The notes: generated by a model not told the origin, from the letters alone. Shown: positions 9,288 to 19,878, numbered from the stretch's first letter. The stretch: DNA of 64,000 nucleotides from Candidatus Omnitrophota bacterium (GCA_043823745.1 JBDRAN010000013.1:818-64817), one strand, 5' to 3'. Translations and numbers: made by a program.

Positions 9288-10229
9288 ATGGCACCCGCAC
9301 CGCAATTAAAAATCACTAAAAAAAATAGTACCCGTCTTATAACGATGCCGCTTGGGGAACTTGTTAATGCCGCGAACAAGGTACGCGAGAAGCATATTGG
9401 TTTAAAGCTTGAGTCTTGCAGTATTATGAATACCAAATCAGGCCTTTGCAGTGAGGATTGTAAGTTCTGTGCGCAGTCGGCGCGTCACGCCTCAAGCGCC
9501 CTAACGTATCCGCTTAAAAGCACGCAGGAAATTATTGCTTCTGCCGTCCGTGCCAAAGAAATCGGCGCGGTGAGATTCTGTATTGTTGTCAGTGGCCGCG
9601 CGGCGAGTGCCGCGGAGGTAGAAAAAATCATTACCGCGGTGCGTGAGATTAAAAAGAAGGTTAAGATTAGAATTTGTACGTCGCTGGGGATTCTCTCGCG
9701 CGAGCAATTAGCGTGCTTGCAAGAAGCCGGTGTTAGCCGGTATCACCATAATATCGAAACCTCGCCTGCGTATTTTTCTAAGATCTGTACCACGCACAGC
9801 TTACGCGAAAAAATAAAAACGATCAAGGCTGCTCAGGCAGTGGGCCTTGAAGTATGCAGCGGAGGCATCATTGGAATGGGCGAGACCTGGTTTGATAGGA
9901 TCAGTATGGCTTTTTTACTGAAAGAGCTTAACGTAGATTCGATCCCCATTAATGCCTTGGTTGCGCGTCCCGGCACTCCACTGGCGTCTTTGGCGCCTCT
10001 CGCGTGTAGCGATGTCATCAGAACCATTGCCATTTTTAGGCTTATCCTGAAAGACAAAGAGATTAAGCTTGCCGCCGGCCGGGAGCAGATCCTTCGAGAT
10101 TTTCAAGGACTTGCTTTTATGGCAGGGGCTAACAGTATGATCGTTGGCGGGTATCTGACGATTAAAGGAAGAGCGGTCTGTGACGATCAAAAGTTTATCG
10201 AAGAGATAAAGACGCTATGGGCAGGATAG
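9288..10229 (+). CDS. bioB: biotin synthase
   Basis: Radical SAM CxxxCxxC (CSEDCKFCAQS), YHHNIETS block, and typical BioB length. ORF opens at 9276; the ATG at 9288 has a GGAGGG RBS. Confidence 0.9.
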   Translation: MAPAPQLKITKKNSTRLITMPLGELVNAANKVREKHIGLKLESCSIMNTKSGLCSEDCKFCAQSARHASSALTYPLKSTQEIIASAVRAKEIGAVRFCIVVSGRAASAAEVEKIITAVREIKKKVKIRICTSLGILSREQLACLQEAGVSRYHHNIETSPAYFSKICTTHSLREKIKTIKAAQAVGLEVCSGGIIGMGETWFDRISMAFLLKELNVDSIPINALVARPGTPLASLAPLACSDVIRTIAIFRLILKDKEIKLAAGREQILRDFQGLAFMAGANSMIVGGYLTIKGRAVCDDQKFIEEIKTLWAG

Positions 10230-11371
10230 AAAGTTTTTTGACCAGCCGGCGTAACAGCAACCTCTTGCGTACGCTCGTACCCGCCACACGGCGCGCCAAC
10301 GGTATCATCACGATTGAGGGAAAAGAATATTTTGATTTTTGTTCGAATGATTACTTGGGGATTGCCAACCACCCTGCGCTTATCCGGGCTTGCCAGGAGG
10401 CTCTGGTGGAGTTCGGCGCCGGCGCATGTGCGTCTCGGCTTTTAAGCGGGGACTCTCAGCTTACGCATCAACTGGAAACGGAGCTCGCCGCGTTTAAGGC
10501 CAAAGAATCCGCGCTTGTTTTTAACAGCGGATACCAGGCGAATACCGGCATCATCGGCGCACTTTGTCAAAAAGGCGATGTAATTTTTTCCGATAAGCTG
10601 AATCACGCGAGCATTATCGACGGTATAGTATTATCCGGAGCGCAGTGTGTCCGTTTTTTTCATAATAATATGGAGCATTTGGAGTCGTTACTCGCGCGCG
10701 AGCGCTCTCATTATAAAGAAGCATTGATTGTCACGGAAAGTATTTTTAGTATGGAAGGTGACGCTGCCCCGTTGGCTGAACTGGTTAGGCTTAAAGAAAA
10801 ATATCAGTGTCGGCTTATGATTGACGAAGCTCATGCAACCGGAGTTTTTGGCAGCCGCGGATCAGGTTTAGCGGAGGAGCTCGGCGTCAGCGATCACGTT
10901 GATCTTATTATGGGAACCTTCGGCAAAGCCCTGGGCAGCTTTGGCGCATACTGTGCCTGTTCCCAAAAAATAAAAGAGTTTCTTGTTAACAGCTGTCGTA
11001 GTTTTATATATACGACTGCCCTGCCCCCTGCGGTGATCGCGGCAAACCTCGCCAGTCTTTTTGTTGTGCGCGATGAGGCAGGCCGCCGCGCGCAACTACG
11101 CACGAATGCTTCCTGTTTCCGTGACTGTCTCATTGAGAAAGGTTTCCACGCACGCGGCAATTCACAAATTGTGCCGGTTGTTGTGGGGGATGTTTCCCGT
11201 GCTGTTTTTGCCAGCGCCGAATTAAAGAAAAAGGGGTATTGGGTTCTTCCGATACGGCCGCCCACGGTGGCCTTGAAAGAATCGCGCCTGCGTTTTTCAT
11301 TAAGTTTCTCTCATTCTCACGATGTCTTAGAACAGGTCGCTCATGAGCTTGCCCAAATCCTCCCAGTTTAA
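10217..11371 (+). CDS. bioF: 8-amino-7-oxononanoate synthase
   Basis: Class-II PLP aminotransferase (SNDYLG; GTFGKALGS lysine region); positioned in the bio operon. Confidence 0.85.
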   Translation: MGRIESFLTSRRNSNLLRTLVPATRRANGIITIEGKEYFDFCSNDYLGIANHPALIRACQEALVEFGAGACASRLLSGDSQLTHQLETELAAFKAKESALVFNSGYQANTGIIGALCQKGDVIFSDKLNHASIIDGIVLSGAQCVRFFHNNMEHLESLLARERSHYKEALIVTESIFSMEGDAAPLAELVRLKEKYQCRLMIDEAHATGVFGSRGSGLAEELGVSDHVDLIMGTFGKALGSFGAYCACSQKIKEFLVNSCRSFIYTTALPPAVIAANLASLFVVRDEAGRRAQLRTNASCFRDCLIEKGFHARGNSQIVPVVVGDVSRAVFASAELKKKGYWVLPIRPPTVALKESRLRFSLSFSHSHDVLEQVAHELAQILPV

Positions 11372-12032
11372 CTTTCTCGATCGCGGGAATGAGCAAACGG
11401 TCGTGTTAATCCCGGGTTGGGCGACAGACCATAGGATCTTTACTCATCTGGACCTCGCAGCTAATTACTTAGTGATGACATCATGCCTGCCGAATGACTT
11501 TGATAGCGCGCTTATAAACGCCCTTGACGAGCATAACATACGCCGCGCATCGTATCTTGGTGTATCTCTGGGAGGATTCATGGCAGCGCGTTTTGCGGCG
11601 CATCATCCTGCGCGAATACAAGAACTGATTCTTGTCAGCATACGGGAGCAATACCCTGCGGTAGATATAGAGCAGGTTGCGCGGTACCTTGTGAAGAACA
11701 AGAAGGCGTATCTGTCTAAATTTTACAGTCAATGTTTTAACGATGAATGCGCAATGGGTGTTTTTGAGCGTGGCTTGTTTGATGAGTACTGCAACACGTT
11801 TGAGCTCGATTTTCTTTTAGAGACCCTGCAGTATTTAAAAGAAGCGCGGATTGAGGACGCAACGCTTGCGGGACTGGCGCATGTCAAGATCATACATGGC
11901 GCTTCTGATCGGATCGCGCCGTGCATTGAAGCGTATGAGCTCAGTACGCGCCTGTACAATGCCGATTTTATGTGCCTGCCGGGTGTCGGGCACTTTCCTT
12001 TTTTGGCTCCCGGGTTTTCTCAAATGATATGA
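11343..12032 (+). CDS. bioH: pimeloyl-ACP methyl ester esterase (alpha/beta hydrolase)
   Basis: Alpha/beta hydrolase with GxSxG nucleophile elbow (GVSLGG) and a C-terminal GVGHFP histidine. Operon context. Confidence 0.6.
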   Translation: MSLPKSSQFNFLDRGNEQTVVLIPGWATDHRIFTHLDLAANYLVMTSCLPNDFDSALINALDEHNIRRASYLGVSLGGFMAARFAAHHPARIQELILVSIREQYPAVDIEQVARYLVKNKKAYLSKFYSQCFNDECAMGVFERGLFDEYCNTFELDFLLETLQYLKEARIEDATLAGLAHVKIIHGASDRIAPCIEAYELSTRLYNADFMCLPGVGHFPFLAPGFSQMI

Positions 12033-12784
12033 TCGATAAAAAAATGCTCACCAGAACATTCAGTCGTATCGCGGGCCGGTACGACGCGTGCGCGAGCGTT
12101 CAGAACCGCATTGCCGGGCGTCTTGCCGCCACAATCACCTGCAGCCAACCGCGCTCTATACTTGAGATAGGTTGCGGCACCGGTAATTTTACTACCGTAC
12201 TTCTTGAACGATTTCCTGGCGCGCGGCTGGTCGGGGTTGATATATCGGGCGATATGATCGATATCGCGCGCCGAAAGACCGCGGCTTTCGCCGCGGTATT
12301 TAAGGTCGCCGATGCGGAAGCGCTTAATTTCCGGGAACATTTCGATCTGATAGCATCCAATGCCGCCTTCCAGTGGTTTAGTGATCTATCGGGCACCATG
12401 AGGCGCTTTAAAAATCTACTCAACCGCCGCGGCGCGCTCTATTTTTCTACCTTTGGGCCCCAGACATTCTGTGAGCTGCGGGAATCGCTACGGCTCTTTG
12501 ACGGGAGAAAACATGTTGTTGCGGAACAGTTTCTTGACAAAACGGCGGTACAGAAGATACTTCGAGACCGGTTTGCAAAAAGCATAATTGAGGAAAGATG
12601 TTTGACGGTAACGTTTGCTTCGCTTCGGGAGTTGTTTGAGCATATCAAATATACTTCCGGGGTAACGGGCGGTGTAAAAAAAATATGGACCCCGCAGGCT
12701 CTTCGGTTGTTAGAAAAAATTTATAGAAAAAAGTTTAAGCGTATAGCCGCAACGTACCAGGTATTCTTATGTCACGCGCGCTAA
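12029..12784 (+). CDS. bioC: malonyl-ACP O-methyltransferase
   Basis: SAM-methyltransferase motif I (ILEIGCGTGNFT); operon context. Start ambiguous between 11972, 12029 and 12044. Confidence 0.7.
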   Translation: MIDKKMLTRTFSRIAGRYDACASVQNRIAGRLAATITCSQPRSILEIGCGTGNFTTVLLERFPGARLVGVDISGDMIDIARRKTAAFAAVFKVADAEALNFREHFDLIASNAAFQWFSDLSGTMRRFKNLLNRRGALYFSTFGPQTFCELRESLRLFDGRKHVVAEQFLDKTAVQKILRDRFAKSIIEERCLTVTFASLRELFEHIKYTSGVTGGVKKIWTPQALRLLEKIYRKKFKRIAATYQVFLCHAR

Positions 12785-13479
12785 AAGGATTATTCATTAC
12801 CGGAACCGACACGGGCGTGGGGAAAACCGTGATTACGGGCCTCCTTGCCCGTTATTACCAAGAAAAAAATCAAACCGTGATAACGCAGAAGTGGGTGCAG
12901 ACAGGTTCGAGCCGCCCGGTCGATTATCTTCGCCACCGGGAGTTGGCAGGCCTCTCGCCGGCTGACGCTATAGATATTTCCGCCGCCGCTGCCGGGTATT
13001 GTTTCAGGCGCGCCGCCTCGCCGCATTTAGCCGCGCGTCTTGAGAAGAAAAAAATATCTTCCCGCCTTATTAGGCAGCGCTTCAATACGCTTGCTAAAAA
13101 ATTTGATCTTGTTATTGTGGAGGGCGCCGGCGGGGCGCTTGTTCCTTTTGACCGAAAACACCTGTTGCTTGATATTGCCTGTCGCCTGAAGCTTCCGGTT
13201 GTCATCGTGGCGCGTAATGCTCTCGGGGCCATCAATCATGCGTTGGTAACGATTGAAGCCATACGATCGCGTAAGATCCCCATCGCCGGCATAATCTTTA
13301 ACTGCTGTGACAAAAAAGTCGACAGGTGTGTTGTTCGCGATAACCCTAGAATTGTGGCGCAGTTAGGAAAAACAAAAGTACTGGGAAGCCTGCCGTATAC
13401 CCGACACCCGGATTTACTTTATGTCAAATTTAAGCCCGTTGCCCGGGCCATAGAAAAAGCCCTATGCAGAATGATTTAA
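12769..13479 (+). CDS. bioD: dethiobiotin synthetase
   Basis: P-loop GTDTGVGKT at the N-terminus, characteristic of BioD. Confidence 0.85.
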   Translation: MSRALKGLFITGTDTGVGKTVITGLLARYYQEKNQTVITQKWVQTGSSRPVDYLRHRELAGLSPADAIDISAAAAGYCFRRAASPHLAARLEKKKISSRLIRQRFNTLAKKFDLVIVEGAGGALVPFDRKHLLLDIACRLKLPVVIVARNALGAINHALVTIEAIRSRKIPIAGIIFNCCDKKVDRCVVRDNPRIVAQLGKTKVLGSLPYTRHPDLLYVKFKPVARAIEKALCRMI

Positions 13480-14807
13480 TGAGTAACGATAAAGACTATA
13501 TTTGGCACCCCTATACGCAGAGTAAGGACAGCGAACGTTTCCCCCCGATTCTTATCGAGCGCGGCCGGGGGATGAAACTTTTCGATGCAGAGGGAAACTT
13601 TTATTACGATACTATTGCAAGCTGGTGGTGTAACGTGCATGGCCACAATCACCCCGTGATTAAAAAAGCGATAAAGAAACAACTTGATGCTCTCGAGCAT
13701 GTTCTTTTTGCGGGATTTACTCATAAACCGGCTATTGACCTGGCCCAGGCGCTGTGCGCCCTCACTCCCCGTAACCTCTCCAGAGTCTTTTTCTCGGACA
13801 ACGGATCTACATCCGTCGAGGTTGCCTTGAAAATGTCTTTACAGTATTGGCGTAATCGGGGTATGGCAGGGAAAACAAAATTTGTTTCTCTTGATCATGC
13901 GTATCACGGAGATACTTTTGGCGCAATGAGCGTTAGCGGTAAAAGCCTTTTTAATGAAGCATTTTCACCGTTGTTGTTTGATGTGTATAAAGTTGCCTCA
14001 CCGTATTGTTATCGGTGCCCGCTTAAAAAAACCTTTCCATCGTGTAGGGTTGCCTGCATACAATTTTTGGAGCGGATTTTTGAGCAGAAGCACCGTCAGA
14101 TTTGCGGCGTGATTTTAGAGCCGTTGGTTATGGCCGCAGGAGGCATGATAGTTTATCCCAAAGAATATGTACAGAAAACGGCGGCACTCGCTAAAAAATA
14201 CAACGCACATCTTATCCTCGATGAGGTAGCCACTGGCTTTGGCAGGACCGGCACCATGTTTGCGTGCGAACGCGCTGAAGTCGTTTCCGATTTCTTATGT
14301 CTCTCTAAAGGTCTTACCGCCGGATATCTTCCTTTGGGTGTAACGCTTACCACAGAAGAAATGTATAAGGCATTTCGCGCTGACTATGCCGCAAAGAAAA
14401 CTTTTTACCACGGCCACACCTATACCGCAAATCCGCTTTCCTGCGCCGCGGCCTTGGCGAGCCTTGAGATTTTTAGGACCGAGGGCACGCTTAAGAATTT
14501 GACGCCCATTATTTCTTTGTTTCATTCAGGCCTTAAGCGATTTCGCGAACTTCCTCTGGTCGGCGATGTCCGCATGCTTGGTCTTATTGGAGCTTTTGAG
14601 TTGGTAAGAAATAAAAACACGCAAGAACCTTTTGGCGCCACGCGGCGCATCGGTATGGAAATTTACCGCAAGGGTCTTCGGGAGCACCTTATCTTGCGCC
14701 CCCTGGGGGATATTATCTATTTTTTTCTACCGCTGTCGGTACGCGAAAGAGAACTGCGGTATATTCTGCGTAAGGCATTTCAGATTATCGCTGCCACGAA
14801 GGCTTAA
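13464..14807 (+). CDS. bioA: adenosylmethionine-8-amino-7-oxononanoate aminotransferase
   Basis: Class-III aminotransferase blocks (YHGDTFGAMSVSG; DEVATGFGRTG); last gene of the bio operon. Confidence 0.85.
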   Translation: MQNDLMSNDKDYIWHPYTQSKDSERFPPILIERGRGMKLFDAEGNFYYDTIASWWCNVHGHNHPVIKKAIKKQLDALEHVLFAGFTHKPAIDLAQALCALTPRNLSRVFFSDNGSTSVEVALKMSLQYWRNRGMAGKTKFVSLDHAYHGDTFGAMSVSGKSLFNEAFSPLLFDVYKVASPYCYRCPLKKTFPSCRVACIQFLERIFEQKHRQICGVILEPLVMAAGGMIVYPKEYVQKTAALAKKYNAHLILDEVATGFGRTGTMFACERAEVVSDFLCLSKGLTAGYLPLGVTLTTEEMYKAFRADYAAKKTFYHGHTYTANPLSCAAALASLEIFRTEGTLKNLTPIISLFHSGLKRFRELPLVGDVRMLGLIGAFELVRNKNTQEPFGATRRIGMEIYRKGLREHLILRPLGDIIYFFLPLSVRERELRYILRKAFQIIAATKA

Positions 14808-15083
14808 ATTTTTTCACCTATCGGCTGATTGCTCTCTACAATATTATTGGCATAATGGTGGCGTTTGTCGATTACGTTGAGCTTCTTTTATTTTTCAGAC
14901 GCGGCCATTACCGTAAGCCCCGGTAGTCCAGCAGGCCAAAGGCCTGTTGGCCAGGGAGATTGTAGTTTGCAGGCTAAGGCGAAGGTTTATTTTTCTTGAC
15001 AGGCTGGGTCAAGTGAGTAAAATAAGAACACAATTGGGCAGTGTCCTGTGTTTAAATGGGGGAACCTGGACGTTAAAAAAGTA

Positions 15084-15120
15084 AAACCTTTGCTTTGAGC
15101 GGCAAAGGTTTTTTTGTTTT
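15084..15120 (+). terminator. rho-independent terminator
   Basis: aaacctttgc-tttgagcg-gcaaaggttt stem-loop followed by a tttttgtttt tract. Confidence 0.55.
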
Positions 15121-15191
15121 AAACAGATTTTTTAAACCCTGTTCCAAACCCGCATTGGAATAAAGCGGTTAGGACAAGCAATAAGATAGCA

Positions 15192-15857
15192 ATGCTGGAA
15201 AAGGAGAATACTAATATAACCATCAAAATGGACGTTAGGGAATGTAATTGCGAAATCGAATGTTTCCTTTCGCAAGATTATGCAATAAGGGTGGTGAAAG
15301 AATTATTGCCTACAGGCGATTTTATTATCAACGACGAAATAGCCGTTGAGCGGAAAACTTCTTCTGATTTTATCCAATCAATTGTTGATAACCGGCTTTT
15401 TCGCCAGGCGGCTAGAATGAAGCAATATTTCAATCATCGTCTTTTTATTATTGAGGGAGGAGACATTTACGCAACTTCATTAGGTGTTCATCATAATGCT
15501 ATTGCCGGAGCGCTAACAAGCATTGTTTTTCGTTGGCAGATACCGGTGCTTTTTTCCCGCGATGCCCGCCAAACAGCTCTTTTGCTTTATCTTGCGGCAT
15601 CCCAAAAGCTAAGAGCTTATCAGGAACTTTCCTGCCGTTTAGGCAGGAAACCGAAACGAACCTTGAGGCGCCAGCTATTTTTGCTTCAGGGCCTTCCTTG
15701 CGTAGGCCGTGTTCTTGCTGAAAAATTACTAAATTATTTTGGTAGCGTGGAAGCGGTAATGACTGCTTCTCTGGAGTCCCTTAAGGAAGTGGATGGAGTA
15801 GGTAAAAAGAAGGCGGAAAAGATTAAAGAAGTGCTTACAAAAAAGGTTAGCGTATAA
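15192..15857 (+). CDS. ERCC4/XPF-Hef-type nuclease domain protein with C-terminal helix-hairpin-helix
   Basis: ERKxxxD signature (AVERKTSSDFIQSIVDNRLFRQ) and a C-terminal HhH (GVGKKKAEKIKEVL); 221 aa. Confidence 0.6.
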   Translation: MLEKENTNITIKMDVRECNCEIECFLSQDYAIRVVKELLPTGDFIINDEIAVERKTSSDFIQSIVDNRLFRQAARMKQYFNHRLFIIEGGDIYATSLGVHHNAIAGALTSIVFRWQIPVLFSRDARQTALLLYLAASQKLRAYQELSCRLGRKPKRTLRRQLFLLQGLPCVGRVLAEKLLNYFGSVEAVMTASLESLKEVDGVGKKKAEKIKEVLTKKVSV

Positions 15858-15886
15858 AAAAAGATGCGCCGAAGGCGCAGATTTGT

Positions 15887-17872
15887 ATGAATATTTTTTC
15901 GTTAGTATTTGGAGAAACCAGCGAGAATTTAGCCGCAAAATTTTCACACGGAAATTTTGAACCGCGCCCTCAGCAAATAGCGATGCTTCAATCGGTTATG
16001 AAAGCCGTTTACGGTAACAAGCACTTACTAGTTGAAGCAGGAACAGGTGTCGGCAAAAGCATTGCTTATCTCCTGCCGTTTATCAAATGGACAGTTGAAA
16101 AAGACAAAAAAGTAGTTATTTCTACTTATACTAAAACTCTTCAGGAACAACTTACAAAAAAAGACTTGCCGCAATTAAAGAGTATTTTGGGTATGGATTT
16201 TAATTTTGCTTTATGTTTGGGCGCCGCTAATTATCTTTGCTTGAGGCGTTTAACTCAAAATGCCTGCCTGGATATTTTTTCCACGGATAGGGATAAAAAT
16301 GACATGCAACGGCTGCAGGAATGGTCGCGTAATACTCAGGCAGGCCTGCGCACCGAACTTAACTTTACGCCGGCTCAAAGCGTATGGGAAAAGATTTGCC
16401 GCGAAAGTGATTTGTGTTTAGGGAAAAAGTGTAGTTTTAGGAAGAATTGTTTTTATTATAAAGCAAAAGCAAAGGAATATAAAGCGCATATTTTAGTTAC
16501 CAACCACCACCTTTTTTTCGCCAATATAGCTTCCGGCGGCGCGGTTCTTCCCGTGTTCGATGCTATTGTATTTGATGAAGCGCATACTCTTGAACAAGTG
16601 GCCACTGCCTATTTAGGAAGAGAAATTTCCAATTTCAAAATAAAATATCTTTTTGACGCATTATTTAATCCCCAAACAGGTAAGGGGTTATTATGGGGAA
16701 TGCGAGGCATACCACGCAAAAAAATTGAAGAGGTAAGAGCAAAATTAGAAGTAACGAGGCTTGCGGCAGATGATTTTTTTTCGAAGCTGATTGCCGGATT
16801 TGGCCAAGAGCCGCAAACTACAAGGGTTCGTAAGCCCTTATTGCCGGATCATTATTTTCTCTATTGCCTTTCGAATCTTTTAGATTCACTTAAAATTATT
16901 TTAGAATCTGTTAAGCGCGACGAAGATAAACTTGATATCCGCCATTTTATTTCGCGGATAGAGGAGCTAAGGCGCAATCTCGCAGGTATCCTCAATACGC
17001 AGTGGCCTGGTTATGTTTACTGGTTTAGTCTTCAAGCCCGCCAACGAGGTTTACGCTTGAGTCTCTGTTCGGCTCCCGTTGATATTTCGCAGGAATTCAA
17101 AGAAAAGGTTTTAACGGATAAAGTGCCTGTCATACTTACTTCCGCTACAATTTCCGTTAACGGCAAATTCGATTTTATTAAAGAAAATCTTGGGTTTGCG
17201 CCTACCGTCGATAGTCTTATTCTTGATTCGCCGTTCGACTACAGCAAGAATGTGTTATTATATCTTACCCAGAATATTCCTGATCCAAACGGCCCCCAGA
17301 AAGAATACTTGCATGCTCTTTCCGCAGAAATAAAAGAAATCCTTAAACTCACCAGCGGCCGCACATTTATATTGTTTACCAGCTTCAAAATGATGAATAA
17401 AATATACGAAGAGATAAAGGGCTCCTTTACAAACCTGCATTTTTTAAAACATGGTGAAGAGCCGCGCTACCGGCTGCTTGAAGCTTTTAAAAGTGCAGGC
17501 AATAATATCCTTTTAGGGACAAATACTTTTTGGCAGGGTATCGATATTCCGGGAAAATCATTGGAATGTGTGGTTATCACAAAGCTCCCATTTGCCGTTC
17601 CCGATGATCCGGTTACTGAAGCGCGGATGGAAATGTTAAAAGAGCAAGGCAAGAATCCTTTTACCCATTATCAGCTGCCGCAGGCAGTAACAATGTTACG
17701 TCAGGGTTTTGGCAGGCTTATCCGTGGCAAATCAGACCGCGGCATGGTAGCAATTCTTGACCCACGCATTACCACGCGTTATTACGGCAGGAATTTTTTG
17801 CAGGCCATACCTCACTGCAAGCGTATCTACCATTTAGATAAGGCCCGTTCTTTTTTCGAGGTTGCCGATTAA
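15887..17872 (+). CDS. dinG: Rad3/XPD/DinG-family ATP-dependent DNA helicase (Fe-S cluster type)
   Basis: Walker A (AGTGVGKS), DEAH box (FDEAHTLE), four Cys between motifs I and II (C..C..C..C), and C-terminal helicase motifs (TSATIS; QGFGRLIR). Confidence 0.8.
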   Translation: MNIFSLVFGETSENLAAKFSHGNFEPRPQQIAMLQSVMKAVYGNKHLLVEAGTGVGKSIAYLLPFIKWTVEKDKKVVISTYTKTLQEQLTKKDLPQLKSILGMDFNFALCLGAANYLCLRRLTQNACLDIFSTDRDKNDMQRLQEWSRNTQAGLRTELNFTPAQSVWEKICRESDLCLGKKCSFRKNCFYYKAKAKEYKAHILVTNHHLFFANIASGGAVLPVFDAIVFDEAHTLEQVATAYLGREISNFKIKYLFDALFNPQTGKGLLWGMRGIPRKKIEEVRAKLEVTRLAADDFFSKLIAGFGQEPQTTRVRKPLLPDHYFLYCLSNLLDSLKIILESVKRDEDKLDIRHFISRIEELRRNLAGILNTQWPGYVYWFSLQARQRGLRLSLCSAPVDISQEFKEKVLTDKVPVILTSATISVNGKFDFIKENLGFAPTVDSLILDSPFDYSKNVLLYLTQNIPDPNGPQKEYLHALSAEIKEILKLTSGRTFILFTSFKMMNKIYEEIKGSFTNLHFLKHGEEPRYRLLEAFKSAGNNILLGTNTFWQGIDIPGKSLECVVITKLPFAVPDDPVTEARMEMLKEQGKNPFTHYQLPQAVTMLRQGFGRLIRGKSDRGMVAILDPRITTRYYGRNFLQAIPHCKRIYHLDKARSFFEVAD

Positions 17873-17876
17873 CCTC

Positions 17877-17936
17877 GTTCCAATGCGGGTTTCTCTGCCT
17901 GCCGGGCAGGCAGAGAACACGGTTGAATGGGGTGGG
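17877..17936. repeat. intergenic palindromic element (gttccaatgcg...CTGCCTGCCGG/GCAGGCAG...ggttgaatgg), family member 2
   Basis: Perfect 9-bp stem ctgcctgcc/ggcaggcag. Related sequence at 15136-15172 (inverted), 21744-21858 and 33724-33771. Confidence 0.5.
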
Positions 17937-18050
17937 CATTTGAAATCTGTTACAATCAGATTGTTGGTTAGTTGCGTGGATGCTACAATTAACCTAAAGA
18001 GCAGTTGATATTAGCAATTTCAAATTTTTTTTGAGGAGGCCAAGAGTGTT

Positions 18051-19878
18051 ATGAAAAATAAAGATAAAGCCAAAAAAGGACTTGTTGGAAAACTGCGCAT
18101 CGGCGACGACTGGAACGCCATAACCATCATCGCCCTTTCCCAGAACAATCCCCTTAAGGCCATCGCCGAGTTTGTGGAAAATAGTATTGACGCCACGGCT
18201 AAAACCGTCACGATTATCCGCGGCAAAGAACATAGCCGCCAGTATCTTAAAATTATTGACGATGGCCAGGGTATTCCTTGCGGCGAGGATGGCGCGCCGG
18301 ATTTTAAATACGTGGCTACGCATATATGCGATTCTTTGAAACGTAAACTTAAAGAGCAAGGTGTGCAGGGTATCCAGGGCGAATTCGGCATCGGCCTTTT
18401 AAGTTTTTGGACCGTGGGGCATAAGTTAACTCTTATCTCCAGCGGTAAAGATAACCGGACATATCAAATGGAGATGGAAAAAGGTAAATCAGGATACAAA
18501 ATAAGTCACCGTTATCATTTGGCGCCAATCAAAGGAACTCAATTGACTATTTCACCCTTACTGGAAGGCTTGAGATTGCTCAACGGCGAAAAAAATTCAG
18601 AGGTACTTAGCTTCGGAATTACGCGACAGAATGCGCAACTCCGGCGTAAAAGTTAAAATCATTGACCGGACCGGCAGAGCTGAATATGAGGTTGAACCCC
18701 GGCAGTATGAAGGCCGGCTTATTCACGATTTGCCGGCGATAACCACAGCCTTCGGCGATATATACGCCGAAATTTATCTGGTTGAAAAAAATCCCGAAAA
18801 CAGCATTGGGTTATTTCGTTCCGGAACCCGGGTCAGGCCGGTTATAAGTGAATTGGACGAATTCAATTCTCAGCCGTGGACCTCCGGATATTTTCAAGGC
18901 ATTATTGACGCGCCTTTTTTGCACATTACCCCTGGAACCCGTGACGGCATTATTTATGACGAGCGTTTTGCTCACTTTTGCGATACGTTAAATATTCTTA
19001 AAGAACGATTAACCCTTGTAGCCGATGAGCAGAGTAAGGCTGAGGAAGAACGGGCCAGTCAAAACATTCTGCGGTCGGTTCAGAAAGCTTTTCGGGAAGC
19101 GATCCGGGCTTTACCGCGGGAAGAATATGATTGGTTTGAAATTTATGAAAAAAATAAACGCGCAGGTTCAGTCGGACAGGAATCGATAACCGCCGATAGT
19201 GATAACGCCGGTGCCGCAGTATATAAAGACGAAATAAACGATAAAGCGCTTAGGCCGGATTCGTTTCAGCAAAGACTTTTTGAAACTGCCGGGCCGTTGT
19301 TCTACTGCCGGATTCAGCCGGCTTCTACCATTGTTAGTGTGGGAAAGATTAAAGCTTTTCGCGCGAAGGCTGAAGACCGTTTCCGGCGGCAGGTGGAGGA
19401 TGGGCTTAAATTTACCTGGAATATAATTGAGGGTGTAGGAAGTTTAAACTGCCTGGATTCGGAAATCGTGGAATTCAAGGCTCCGCTTGAACCCGGTTTA
19501 ACCCAGCTCAAACTTATGATAACTCAAGGTCAGATTAGTTGTGAGGCGGAGGCAATAGTAACCGTTGTGGACTCTATATTAGAGCCGGCGCAGTCTGAAA
19601 GCCAATCATCGGCAAAAGGACTACCGGGTTACACCCTGGAAAGCGCTCCCGGGCAGATTTGGCGGTCGCGTTACGACAGTCAGCGCAATATCGTGGTAAT
19701 AAACAGCGGCCACCGTGATTTCGTTTATGCTTCGCGTGAGCGGACGCGAAAACTGCGCTACATCTGCCGTTTATTTGCCAAAGAGCTGGTATTTTTGAAT
19801 TTTCCCGGCGCCTCCAGCGAACAGCTCCTTGAGCGGTTAGTGGAATTATCTTTATATGTGGAAGATAATTTAAAATAA
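18051..19878 (+). pseudogene. GHKL-superfamily ATPase (HATPase_c_3 / MORC-MutL-like), interrupted by a frameshift at an A7 run (18589-18595)
   Basis: The N-terminus (GDDWNAITIIALSQNNPLKAIAEFVENSIDA...IIDDGQGIP) is a Bergerat ATP-binding fold. ORFs 18051-18656 and 18571-19878 overlap. Deleting one A gives a continuous reading LLNGEKIQRYLASELRDRMRNSGVK... Confidence 0.5.

Noticed and set aside
18631-19878. Treating 18631-19878 as an independent 415-aa gene downstream of a 201-aa ATPase fragment.
   Set aside because: Its reading frame is open upstream to 18571 and overlaps the upstream ORF across an A7 run. A one-base change fuses them into a typical full-length GHKL ATPase, so a frameshift is the simpler explanation.
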